Virus record (IMG/VR): IMGVR_UViG_3300028588_000029
Span: 1 to 54,487 of that record
Source of the DNA: a virus
Lineage: Duplodnaviria; Caudoviricetes
Direction: 5' to 3' (one strand)
DNA: 54,487 nucleotides
Part shown: positions 9,337 to 18,800 of the stretch, one piece after another
Layout of the letters: the number at the start of each line of letters is the position of its first letter
How positions within the stretch are numbered: the stretch's first letter is position 1
Notes under the pieces: generated by a model
What the model saw: only the letters and a program-made list of their open reading frames with translations
What the model was told of the DNA's origin: nothing
The model's database searches: none
Translations under genes and position numbers: made by a program

Positions 9337-10078
9337 GCTGATGTGGGAGCGCGACCGACTCGCGCGCGCCCGCCTCGCCGCCGCCGCCGGCACCCTGGTG
9401 GCCAAGGCGCTGCGCGAGGTCTGGACGCCGAACGACCCGCAGGGCAGCTTCGCCGAGTTCGTCAGCGTGGCCCTGCCAATCGTGCGCGTGACGTCGCGCC
9501 AGGCCAACGAGATCTCCCGGCTGCAGTTCTCCACCAGGGCCGAGCCCGGCGCCTGGCGCCCGTACGAGCGCAGCGCCGATCAGATCGCCTCCGGCTTCTG
9601 GGCTACGGGCTGGCGATCGCTGGAGGCTGAGCGCCCGCTCGCCGTCGCGCAGAGCCTGGTGCTCGGCGTCGCGGCGCGGCAGGTCACCTCAGCGTCGCAG
9701 CAGTCGGTGATCGACTCCCTGCGGCGCTCGCGGATCCGCGCGGCCTACCTGCTCGTCAACGGCTCGAACCCGTGCTGGTTCTGCGCCATGCTCGCCTCGC
9801 GCGGGCCCGTGTTCCAGGACGACTCCTTCGACGAGTCCGACCCGCGCTTCGTCGGCCCCGGCACCGCCCGCGTGCACGACAACTGCGGCTGCTCGCTGGT
9901 CGTCGTGAACACCCGCGAGAGCACCGAGATGGCCACCTGGCAGGAGCTCGAGCAGCAGTGGAAGGACGTCACCGGGGAGGTCACCGGCCAGGCGAAGCTC
10001 GTCGCCTGGCGCGACCACTGGAACTCCACCCACACGAAGCCGAAGGTCCCGCGCTGGAGCCAGTTCGCATCGGCGTGA
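9320..10078 (+). CDS. Minor capsid/head morphogenesis protein (MuF/VG15-like)
   Basis: CWFCAMLASRG and HDNCGC motifs; between portal and scaffold. Confidence 0.75.
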   Translation: MPTPLELMWERDRLARARLAAAAGTLVAKALREVWTPNDPQGSFAEFVSVALPIVRVTSRQANEISRLQFSTRAEPGAWRPYERSADQIASGFWATGWRSLEAERPLAVAQSLVLGVAARQVTSASQQSVIDSLRRSRIRAAYLLVNGSNPCWFCAMLASRGPVFQDDSFDESDPRFVGPGTARVHDNCGCSLVVVNTRESTEMATWQELEQQWKDVTGEVTGQAKLVAWRDHWNSTHTKPKVPRWSQFASA

Positions 10079-10157
10079 CTTCGCTCGCCGTCGCATGTAA
10101 TCTCACCGCAGAGTCAGCCCGAGAGGGGCGGACGTGATTGGCCCCTAGGAGGGCACC

Positions 10158-10730
10158 GTGTCAAAGCTTGCACCGTTCGACACCTGGAAGGCTCCGTGGG
10201 AGGAGAAGGGCGAGGACTTCAACGCCGACACAGCGAAGAAGTACATCCACGGCCTGCTCTCCGATCGGGAGTCGCGTGACGGCACGATCTCGTCCCTCAA
10301 GGCCGAGAACAAGACGCTCACGACGGACCTCGCGGCGGCGAAGGACTCGTCCCTCACTGCGGAGCAGCGCGCCGAGAAGGCCGCCAGCGACGCTCAGGAG
10401 CGGGACGCCAAGTTCGCCAAGCTCGAGCGTGAGAACGCTCGTCTCCGCATCGGTCAGGAGAAGGGCCTGAACGCCAAGCAGATGCGCTACCTGAACGGCG
10501 AGACCGAGGAGGAGCTGACGGCAGCCGCCGACCAGATCCTCGAGGACTTCCCGGCCAGCGCCACCGACGACAAGGGCAAGGGCAAGCAGCCTCAGCCCCA
10601 GCGTCGTCAGCCCGTGGAGGATCTGCGCACCGGCGCGGAGAACCTGCAGGACGGCGAGGTCGTGGACGCTGGCACTCCGGAGGCGGCTCTCAAGCTGCTC
10701 GAGGGCTCCGGCGACAACGCCTGGCAGTAA
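10158..10730 (+). CDS. Capsid scaffolding protein
   Basis: Charged helical protein with GETEEELTAAA motif directly before the major capsid gene; AGGAGG RBS. Confidence 0.8.
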   Translation: MSKLAPFDTWKAPWEEKGEDFNADTAKKYIHGLLSDRESRDGTISSLKAENKTLTTDLAAAKDSSLTAEQRAEKAASDAQERDAKFAKLERENARLRIGQEKGLNAKQMRYLNGETEEELTAAADQILEDFPASATDDKGKGKQPQPQRRQPVEDLRTGAENLQDGEVVDAGTPEAALKLLEGSGDNAWQ

Positions 10731-10784
10731 CCCCCCGCTCCCATCCGTCCCATCCCGGGCCAGATACCAGAAAGAGAGAGCCCC

Positions 10785-11828
10785 GTGGCTTCCAATCTCC
10801 CCAACGAGCACGAGATCATCCGTGCCGACCAGTACATCAACCTCGCGCTGGCCGCTCTCGTGCGCGACTCGGTGCTGCCCCGGGTGTTCACCATCCTGGA
10901 CGGCAACCGCTTCAAGGGCGCCCCGTCCAAGACGGCCGGCGGCGTGCTCGGCCAGGCGCTCAACTACGAGATGGACCGCGTCGCGGGCCCGGCTCGTGAC
11001 TACGACTGGCGCCGTCGTGTCGACCCGATCATCCTCGACCGGATCGGCACCGTCACGCAGCAGATCCTGCTGAACAAGCACATCTACCACGGTGTGGCCG
11101 TGACGAACGAGCAGCTCACGCTCGACATCACGAACTTCGGCACGCAGATCGCCACGCCCCAGGCGAAGGCGCTGCGCGAGAAGCTCGAGCGCGCGATCGT
11201 GGACGGCCTGCAGACGCTGCCGTTCAAGCGGACGGACCTCGACGCCCCGGCGACGATCGACCCCTACCGCTACGCGCTCAACCTGCGCCGCGTCCTCAAC
11301 GCGCAGGGCACCCCCGAGGAGGGCCGCGTCCTGCTCGTCGGCGACGGCGTCGAGTCCTGGCTGCTCGAGTCCGACCGCCTCTCGCGCCTCTCGGAGACGG
11401 GCTCCACGTCCGCCCTCCGCCAGGCCACCCTCGGCGACCTGGCCGGCTTCCGCGTCGTGCGGACCAGCCTCATCGGCGAGGACGAGGTGTTCGCGATGCA
11501 CCCGTCGGCGATGCTCGTCGCCAACCTCGCCCCGGAGCAGCCGCTCGGCAACGTCTACGCCGCGCGTCAGGGCTTCCAGGGCATGTCCATGCTGCTCACG
11601 CGGGACTACGACACGTCGTACCAGCAGAGCCGCTCGGTGATCTCGACCTACTTCGGGATCAACTCGGTGAACGACGACCTCAAGCGGGCCACCGCCGAGG
11701 ACGTCGCGGCCAACCGCGCGCAGTTCGAGGGGCAGATCCTCTTCGACGCCGACGGCAACCCCCAGGTCGAGGCCTGGAACGTGCGCGGTGCGCGCGGCAA
11801 GATCACCGGCCTGGAGGCCGCGTTCTGA
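10785..11828 (+). CDS. Major capsid protein
   Basis: 347 aa after scaffold; GRVLLVG and LGDLAGFRVV motifs typical of HK97-fold capsids. Confidence 0.85.
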   Translation: MASNLPNEHEIIRADQYINLALAALVRDSVLPRVFTILDGNRFKGAPSKTAGGVLGQALNYEMDRVAGPARDYDWRRRVDPIILDRIGTVTQQILLNKHIYHGVAVTNEQLTLDITNFGTQIATPQAKALREKLERAIVDGLQTLPFKRTDLDAPATIDPYRYALNLRRVLNAQGTPEEGRVLLVGDGVESWLLESDRLSRLSETGSTSALRQATLGDLAGFRVVRTSLIGEDEVFAMHPSAMLVANLAPEQPLGNVYAARQGFQGMSMLLTRDYDTSYQQSRSVISTYFGINSVNDDLKRATAEDVAANRAQFEGQILFDADGNPQVEAWNVRGARGKITGLEAAF

Positions 11829-11850
11829 TCGGACGCCTCCAGCGTCACCC

Positions 11851-11885
11851 GGCGGCCCCGTCTCCCACAAGGGGGCGGGGCCGCC
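11851..11885 (+). terminator. GC-rich stem-loop after capsid gene
   Basis: GGCGGCCCCG...CGGGGCCGCC; similar to 5341-5372. Confidence 0.5.
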
Positions 11886-11907
11886 GCCCTTCCACCGAGG
11901 AGCCACC

Positions 11908-12405
11908 GTGCCCACGATCACCCCGCGCGAGCTGTCCCTGCTCGTCTACCAGGACGCCGACAGCATCGAGGCGACGGACGAGGCAGCCCTCTTCCTCATC
12001 GAGCGCGTCGAGCAGCTGGTGCTCCCCAAGGCCGGCCTCGCCCCGAACGAGCTCCTGGCCGACATCCCCATCAAGATCCGCTACGACGTCCAGCGCATCG
12101 TCCTGAACGTCTGCGCGCGCACCTGGGTCAACCCCCAGCTCCTGCAGCGCCGCGCCGTCGGCCCCCTGAGCCGCAGCTGGTTCGAGTCCAACGTCACCGG
12201 CCTCTCGCTGCGCCCCGGCGAGGTCGAGGAGCTGGCCGGCTTCATCCCCGACAGCTCCGAGTTCGGCGACCTCTGGGTCATCGAGACGACCCGGCAGCGC
12301 GAGACCCCGGGCAACACGTACGTGCGCTACAAGGTCGACGGCGCCCTGGCGAACACGATCGAGCACGGCGACCCGTTCCCGCTGTACGCCCCCGGGGAGC
12401 CCTGA
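11908..12405 (+). CDS. Head-to-tail adaptor
   Basis: Position after capsid; ARTWVNPQ...VGPLS motif; GAGGAG RBS and GTG start. Confidence 0.7.
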   Translation: MPTITPRELSLLVYQDADSIEATDEAALFLIERVEQLVLPKAGLAPNELLADIPIKIRYDVQRIVLNVCARTWVNPQLLQRRAVGPLSRSWFESNVTGLSLRPGEVEELAGFIPDSSEFGDLWVIETTRQRETPGNTYVRYKVDGALANTIEHGDPFPLYAPGEP

Positions 12406-12710
12406 TGCGCAAGGTGTCCCTGCTGCCCGAGGCGAAGCGCGACCAGCACGGCCAGCCGCTGCCGTCCGGCCCGGCGCGCGAGGCTCGCGTCGAGGGCGTC
12501 TGGCCGGCCTCGACGACCGAGACCGTCGTGGACGCCGAGACGCGCACCGACGACCTCATCATGGTGACGCACCGCAAGGACCGCCCGCTGGACACCGACG
12601 TCGTGCTGTACCTTGGCGGCAGGTATCAGATCGTCGGCGTCGTGCAGGCGCTGGAGGACGAGGGCCGGATCGAGGGCTGGCAGGCCCGGCTCAGGAAGGT
12701 GAAGGGCTGA
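12405..12710 (+). CDS. Head-to-tail stopper
   Basis: Synteny; about 100 aa beta-rich, ends LRKVKG. Confidence 0.6.
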   Translation: MRKVSLLPEAKRDQHGQPLPSGPAREARVEGVWPASTTETVVDAETRTDDLIMVTHRKDRPLDTDVVLYLGGRYQIVGVVQALEDEGRIEGWQARLRKVKG

Positions 12711-13075
12711 TGGTGCGCTACCGCCCCAACCACCGCTCGATGGCCCGGTTCCTGGTGTCGAACCAGCTGGCCAAGCCGGTCATGCAGGTCACGCGCCAGA
12801 TCCGGCGCCGCGCCGCCGCGATCGCCCCGAAGGACTCCGGCGAGCTCGCCGAGTCCTACCGCGTCAGCCGTGGCGTCGCGGCGCACCCGACCGACAACCC
12901 GACCCGGCGCTGGCCTGGCGGCCTCCGCGTCGTCGGCTACGTCACCAGCACCGACGACATGGCGGCGGCCGTGGAGTTCGGCGACAGGCGCACCGATGAG
13001 CAGCGCATCCTCCGTCGTGCCGGTGCGCGCTACCACAACCCGGACGCCGACGCAGGGACGGTGCGCAGCCGATGA
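12710..13075 (+). CDS. HK97 gp10-like neck protein
   Basis: APKDSGELAES and AVEFG motifs. Confidence 0.7.
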   Translation: MVRYRPNHRSMARFLVSNQLAKPVMQVTRQIRRRAAAIAPKDSGELAESYRVSRGVAAHPTDNPTRRWPGGLRVVGYVTSTDDMAAAVEFGDRRTDEQRILRRAGARYHNPDADAGTVRSR

Positions 13076-13464
13076 CCGACATCCAGACCCGCGCCGTCGA
13101 GTGGGCGCGCACCAGCGTCACCGACCTGGTGGGCCCCGACGGCGACCCGTACCGCCACGTCGGCACCGTCACGCCCGGCGACCTGCAGGACCGCTTCCCT
13201 TTCCTGCGCGTCAGCGTCGGCATCGGCACGCGCACCGTCCGGTCGCAGCTCGCGACCCTCGACTTCGATCTCTTCGACTCCGACCGCGATCGCGCCTACC
13301 ATCTGAGCGAGGAGATCCAGGACGGCCTCCTGGTGCCGCTGCTGAGACTGGCAGGGGCTCGCATCGACTCGGTCGTGGTCGAGGAGGACATCCGTCGTCT
13401 CCCGTGGGATGGCGATGACACCGTTCGCTTCGGCTTCACCAACACGCTCAGCCTCCGTCGCTGA
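13072..13464 (+). CDS. Tail terminator
   Basis: Synteny before major tail protein; PFLRV and DFDLF motifs. Confidence 0.65.
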   Translation: MTDIQTRAVEWARTSVTDLVGPDGDPYRHVGTVTPGDLQDRFPFLRVSVGIGTRTVRSQLATLDFDLFDSDRDRAYHLSEEIQDGLLVPLLRLAGARIDSVVVEEDIRRLPWDGDDTVRFGFTNTLSLRR

Positions 13465-13482
13465 GTCCAACCAGGAGGAACC

Positions 13483-14154
13483 ATGACGTACCAGCAGCTC
13501 CAGGATCGGAAGAACGAGCTGATCCGCAAGGCGCTCGAGGGCTCGGTGTTCATCGCCGACTCCAGCGTCACCGCCATCGACGTGCTGACGATCGCCACCG
13601 GCACCGGCGCCACCGCCGTTGTCGATCTCAAGCCCCTGCCCGTCGGCTACGACGACCTGGGCTGGCTCTCGGAGGAGGGCATCGGCTTCGGCCGCGAGAT
13701 CGCCACCTCCGACATCTCCGCGTTCGGCTCCACGCAGCCCGTGCGCTCCGACGTCACGACCGACACCACCACGATGACCTGCACGGCGCTCGAGACGCGC
13801 GCCTCGGTCCTCCGCGTGGAGACGGGCGCCGACATCGCGGCCCTCACGCCCAACGCCGACACCGGCGAGGTCTCCCTCGCCAAGCCGGCCCGCCCGGCGT
13901 CCCGCTACTACCGCGTGCTCGCCCTCGCGGTGGACGTGGACGACGACGGCAACGAGATCTACATCGCGCGGTTCCTGCCGCGCGCGAAGGTCACGTCGTT
14001 CGGCGACAAGTCGTTCACGTCGGGCGACACGCCGGTCCAGGCCGGCTTCACCTTCCAGGCCTACGAGGACTCCGAGCTGGGCTACTCGGACAAGCTCTTC
14101 TGGGGCGGTCCGGGCTGGAAGAACCTGCTCGAGAAGATGGGCCTCGAGGCCTGA
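13483..14154 (+). CDS. Major tail protein
   Basis: LGWLSEEG and PVRSD motifs; strong AGGAGG RBS; position. Confidence 0.85.
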   Translation: MTYQQLQDRKNELIRKALEGSVFIADSSVTAIDVLTIATGTGATAVVDLKPLPVGYDDLGWLSEEGIGFGREIATSDISAFGSTQPVRSDVTTDTTTMTCTALETRASVLRVETGADIAALTPNADTGEVSLAKPARPASRYYRVLALAVDVDDDGNEIYIARFLPRAKVTSFGDKSFTSGDTPVQAGFTFQAYEDSELGYSDKLFWGGPGWKNLLEKMGLEA

Positions 14155-14241
14155 TCGACCCGGGGGCCGCCGCTGGATGGGTGCCGGCGGCGGCCCCCTG
14201 GATCACCTCCCACCCGCTCGCACTGACAGAAGGAGCCCATC

Positions 14242-14547
14242 GTGGCTGACGAGACCCCCACCACCGACGCCAACGCCCCCGAGGTGTGGCTGCACCGCGA
14301 GGGCAAGACGCGCATCGTGCGCGGCGAGCCCGACAAGGTGAACGCGCGCTACCTGGGCTTCCTGCCCAAGGGCGAGTTCGACGAGCGCCAGAAGGTGCTC
14401 GACGAGCGGGCCCAGGCGAAGTCCAAGGAGCGTGACGCCCAGGTGAAGGCCGACGAGAAGGCGGCGAAGGATCTCGCCGCCGCTCAGGCCGACGCCGAGA
14501 AGGTCGCGAAGGCCGCCGCCGAGCGCAACGCCGCCGCCGCCTCCTGA
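14242..14547 (+). CDS. Hypothetical protein in tail block
   Basis: GAAGGAG RBS, GTG start; charged helical C-terminus. Confidence 0.7.
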   Translation: MADETPTTDANAPEVWLHREGKTRIVRGEPDKVNARYLGFLPKGEFDERQKVLDERAQAKSKERDAQVKADEKAAKDLAAAQADAEKVAKAAAERNAAAAS

Positions 14548-14554
14548 GCCCGAC

Positions 14555-14591
14555 CGAAGCCCCCGACGCCCACGCGGCGCCGGGGGCTTCG
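14555..14591 (+). terminator. Stem-loop, probable terminator
   Basis: CGAAGCCCCCG/CGGGGGCTTCG 11-bp stem, followed by -10-like TAGTAT at 14600-14605. Confidence 0.6.
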
Positions 14592-14642
14592 TCGTGTCGT
14601 AGTATGGTTCCGCACCTACACCCGATCCCCCAGGAGCAGACC

Positions 14643-15065
14643 ATGGGCAAGCCCACCACCCCCGACGAGATCCTTCCCGCGACGGGCACCGCCGACAGCG
14701 TCGGCTTCGACTTCGACATCACCTCGGACGCGGTCCAGAAGTCGCCCGGCTTCCGCGTCCGCGTCACGGCCGACGACGACATCGTGCACCTCGCCAACCC
14801 CGAGGATCTCGAGTGGAAGGAGTGGGAGGTCACCATGCGCACGGGCAACGCCTTCTCCATCTTCGGCGCTCTCATCGAGGACGAGAAGGAGGCCGAGGTG
14901 TTCTTCAACACCGACCTCACGCTCGGCGTCGTGAAGCGCACCCTGCAGCGCTGGGCCGAGCACTTCTCGGTCGAGATCGACGTCCAGGGCCTCAACGGCG
15001 GCCAGGTCGCCGCGAACCGCGCCGAGAAGCGCGCGGCCGGCCGGAAGGGCCCGCGCCGCCGGTGA
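14643..15065 (+). CDS. Tail assembly chaperone (G-like)
   Basis: Between major tail and tape measure; AGGAG RBS. Confidence 0.65.
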   Translation: MGKPTTPDEILPATGTADSVGFDFDITSDAVQKSPGFRVRVTADDDIVHLANPEDLEWKEWEVTMRTGNAFSIFGALIEDEKEAEVFFNTDLTLGVVKRTLQRWAEHFSVEIDVQGLNGGQVAANRAEKRAAGRKGPRRR

Positions 15066-15799
15066 ACATCCAGGCGCTCGAGCAGGTCCAGGACGGGCCT
15101 CTCGTCATCAAGCTCAGCGGGCAGCGGATCACCCTTCCCCTGCCCGCTGAGCTGTCCGTGCACGAGATCATGGACGCCTACAGGACGTTCGGCGCCACGC
15201 TGTTCGACCCCCGTACGCCGGGGATGACGAACGCGGTTGCTGCGCAGGCCTTCGACCTCTGGAAGGCCCGGCACGACCTGTTCGCCGAGGAGGTCGACCT
15301 CAGCGCCTTCCTCTGGCTGATCGACAAGTACGGCGACGCCGCCGAGCTGGACCTGCGCATCGTCGCGCGGGTCAGCCTCGTGGACGAGTGGAAGGCGCGA
15401 AACTGGCGCCACCTCGCCGCGCTGCTCAACGCCCTGCCGCTGGCCTCCCACACGAAGGCCGCGATGCACACCGACCCGAAGTACGCCGAGATGGTGGCCG
15501 CGCAGGTCGAGAAGCGCAAGGGCGAGGCCGGCAAGCAGCCCGACGAGCCCGGCGGCCCTTCGCTGGTGGAGTGGACCCTCGCGGCCGAGCTGGCCACCAA
15601 GACGCTCGACGAGATCCGCGCCCTGCGCACCACGCTGATCGCCGTCAACTCCACGAAGGGCAAGCAGCCCGCAGCCCCGAAGCCGGAGCCGCGCCCGCGC
15701 ACTGCGCACCACGAGGTGAAGGAGACCTCGCGCATGGTGAAGCACCGCGCGCTGAGCGCTCGCATCCTGCCGGGCAAGAGCACTCCGCCAGCAGACTAG
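15062..15799 (+). CDS. Tail assembly chaperone (T-like)
   Basis: GTGA overlap in the -1 frame; directly before tape measure. Confidence 0.6.
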   Translation: MNIQALEQVQDGPLVIKLSGQRITLPLPAELSVHEIMDAYRTFGATLFDPRTPGMTNAVAAQAFDLWKARHDLFAEEVDLSAFLWLIDKYGDAAELDLRIVARVSLVDEWKARNWRHLAALLNALPLASHTKAAMHTDPKYAEMVAAQVEKRKGEAGKQPDEPGGPSLVEWTLAAELATKTLDEIRALRTTLIAVNSTKGKQPAAPKPEPRPRTAHHEVKETSRMVKHRALSARILPGKSTPPAD

Positions 15800-15841
15800 G
15801 ATCGGGGGAGTCCAGCAGCTCCCCCGGAAGGAAACCACGAC

Positions 15842-18800
15842 GTGGTGAGGTACAGCGCCGGTACGGTCATCCTGCAGGTCGCGCCGTCGTTCCGTGGGTT
15901 CCAGGAGGCCGTCGAGAAGCGGGCCAAGGCCGAGGGCCTCCTGATGGAGCGCTACCTCTCCGATGCGTCGGAGGCTGCGGCGAAGAAGGAGAACGACCGC
16001 CGCGCCGCGACGGCGGCGCAGATGGAGCGCGACCTCGCGGCAGCGAACCGGGAGGCCGAGAAGTCGCAGCGGGCCCACCTCCAGAAGCTCGCCGAGAACG
16101 AGCAGCGGCACGCTCACCGGGTCGCCGAGATCCACGAGAGCGCCCGCGCCAAGGTCAACACCGAGGTGCAGCGGGCGGCCATCCGCGCCGAGGACAAGGC
16201 CGAGGGCCAGCGCCTGGACCGCGCCGTCGCCCGCGAGCGCGACCTGGCCAAGCGGATCCAGCGCGTCCGCGACCAGGCGCGCGGCAACGTCGTGCGCGAG
16301 GGCACCGACACCGACGGCTTCGCAGCCGCCCTGGCCGAGCGCCAGCAGAGCGCCCAGCGTCTCCGCGTCATCCGGAAGGAGGCCGAGGTCGAGAAGGGCA
16401 TCAGGTCCGACCTCGGCGACTTCACCCGGAAGCAGGCCGCGCGCACGCTCGCCGAGCAGATCGACGGCGACCGCGACCTCTGGGAGAGCCGGAAGCGTAA
16501 CCAGGCCGCCACCGTCGCCTCGTGGGCGGCCGACGTCGATGACCTCGCCGAGTTCCAGAAGCGCGCCGACGACGGGCTGTTCGAGCACCAGGTCCGCAAC
16601 CTCCGCGCTCGCCAGGCGTTCGAGCTGGCCAACTCCCGCAGCGCGCAGGCCCACCAGGCCGCGTTCCAGGCGCAAGAGCGGGCCGAGCGGGCCGTTCGCG
16701 ATCGCGACAACCAGGCCCTCGCCGCCGCGATCGCGAAGCAGGACTCCGACGCCTCCAAGCTGCGCTCGCAGATCGGGAAGGACGTCGCCCAGACGCGCGC
16801 GCAGATCCAGGCGCTGAACGCCGAGGGTCAGGAGGCGTGGGCCCGGAACTACCGCAAGGGCATGGAGTCGGGCGCGATCCCGCAGCTCCGCCGCGTCAGC
16901 GACGGCAACCCCGACGACCCCGGCGTGCGGGAGTTCAACGACAACGTCGACCGCATGAACGCGCTGCGCCGCTCCGTGGGCCTGGAGGTCCACATCGAGG
17001 ACGAGGCGCAGGCGATCGCCGAGTACGACGCCCTGATCGCCCAGCTGGAGGGCATGAAGAGCGAGCTGGAGATCCGCCCCGAGCTCGCGGGCGACGAGGC
17101 GTTCATGGCCGAGATGCGCAGCCTTATGGCGCGCGCGGACTCGATCCCGAACCCCCACAAGACGATGGAGCTCGACACCGCCAGCTTCAACGCCGAGGCC
17201 GCGCGAGTCGACGCCACCTCGCGCCGCCTGAGCCGTCGCGACATCACCAAGGACGCGAACCTGCAGACCGCCGGCTACATCGCTGGCGCCGCTCAGGTGA
17301 TCGCCGCCGACGGGGCGATGCGCAACTCCAGCCGGCAGACCCAGGCCGCGCAGAAGGAGGCCGGCAACGGCGCGGGCACGGCGGCCAACTCCTTCCGAGC
17401 CATGAACGGTGCGCTGTTCGCCGCCGTCACGATCGGCCCCGCCCTCATCCCGATCCTGGGCGGCATCACCGCTGGCCTGCTCGGCGTCGCTGCCGGCGCC
17501 GTGACCGTGGCCGGCGCGCTCGGCGTCGGGATGCTCGGCCTGTCGGGCATGGGCGGCGCCCTGACGGCGCTGGGGAACCGGGACAAGGATCTGCGCAAGC
17601 AGGCCGCCACCCCGCAGAAGAGCGGCACGACGGCGGCCAACGACGAGGCGGCGCGCGCGAAGCGCATCCGTGACGCCCTCGCCGGCCTGACCGACGCCCG
17701 TCGCAACGCCTCCCGCTCCGAGGCGCGCGCGGTGCGCGACGTCGGGGACGCCGAGGAGAAGCTGGCTGATACCCGCCGCTCGGCCGCCGACCGCGTGGCC
17801 AGCGCCGAGGACCGCCTGGCCACCGCGCAGCAGCGCGCGATCGACAACCAGAAGCGCCTCAACGACGCCCGGAAGGAGGCCTCGCGCAACCTCGAGGATC
17901 TCGCGTTCCAGATCCGTGGCGCGAACCTCGCCGAGCAGCAGAGCGTCTACGAGATGCAGCGCGCCGGCATCCGCTACAACGCCGTGCTCGAGGATGACCA
18001 GGCGACGTCGCGCGAGAAGGACGAGGCGCGGATCACCTACGAGCAGGCCGTCCTCGCGAACGACCAGGCCAAGGTCGGCAACCAGCGGCTCCGCGAGGGG
18101 GACGCCACCGCGCGCGCTGCGGGCGTGGAGGGCGCCCCCGCCGTCGTCGAGGCGAAGGAGGCCATCAGCACCGGCGCCGCCGACATCGTCGAGGCTGAGA
18201 AGGATCTCGCCGAGGCTCGCGTCAAGGGTGACCGCGACGTCGAGAGCTCGCGTCGCGACCTCGCCGACGCGCTGGACGCCCTGGACAACACCCGGTACAA
18301 CAACGTGCGCTCGCTGCAGAAGGCGGAGGAGGCGCTCGCCGAGGCGTACCGTCGCGACGCCGCCGCAGCTGCTCAGTCGACGGCGGAGTTCGACTCCAGC
18401 CTGTTCGACCTCAACGAGGCCATGAACAACCTCTCCCCCGCCGGCCAGCGGTTCGCCACCTGGCTGTACGGGCTCAAGCCGCTGCTCGACGAGCTCCGCT
18501 TCACAGCGCAGGAGACGTTCCTGCCCGGCCTGCAGGAGGGGATGCAGGGCCTGATCGACCGCTACGGGCCCGAGTTCACGACCTTCGTGGGCACCATGGG
18601 CACGGCGCTGGGCGACTCGGTCGTGAAGTTCTCCGAGTGGCTGACCTCCCCGGCGATGGCGTCGTTCTTCGAGACGATGGCCGCCAACATGCCCGCGTGG
18701 CTCGACATCTTCACGCGGATCACGACGGGCGGGCTGGGCGGCCTCCTGTCGATCTTCGAGGCCCTCGCGCCGGCCGCCACCACCATCGGTGAGGCGATCG

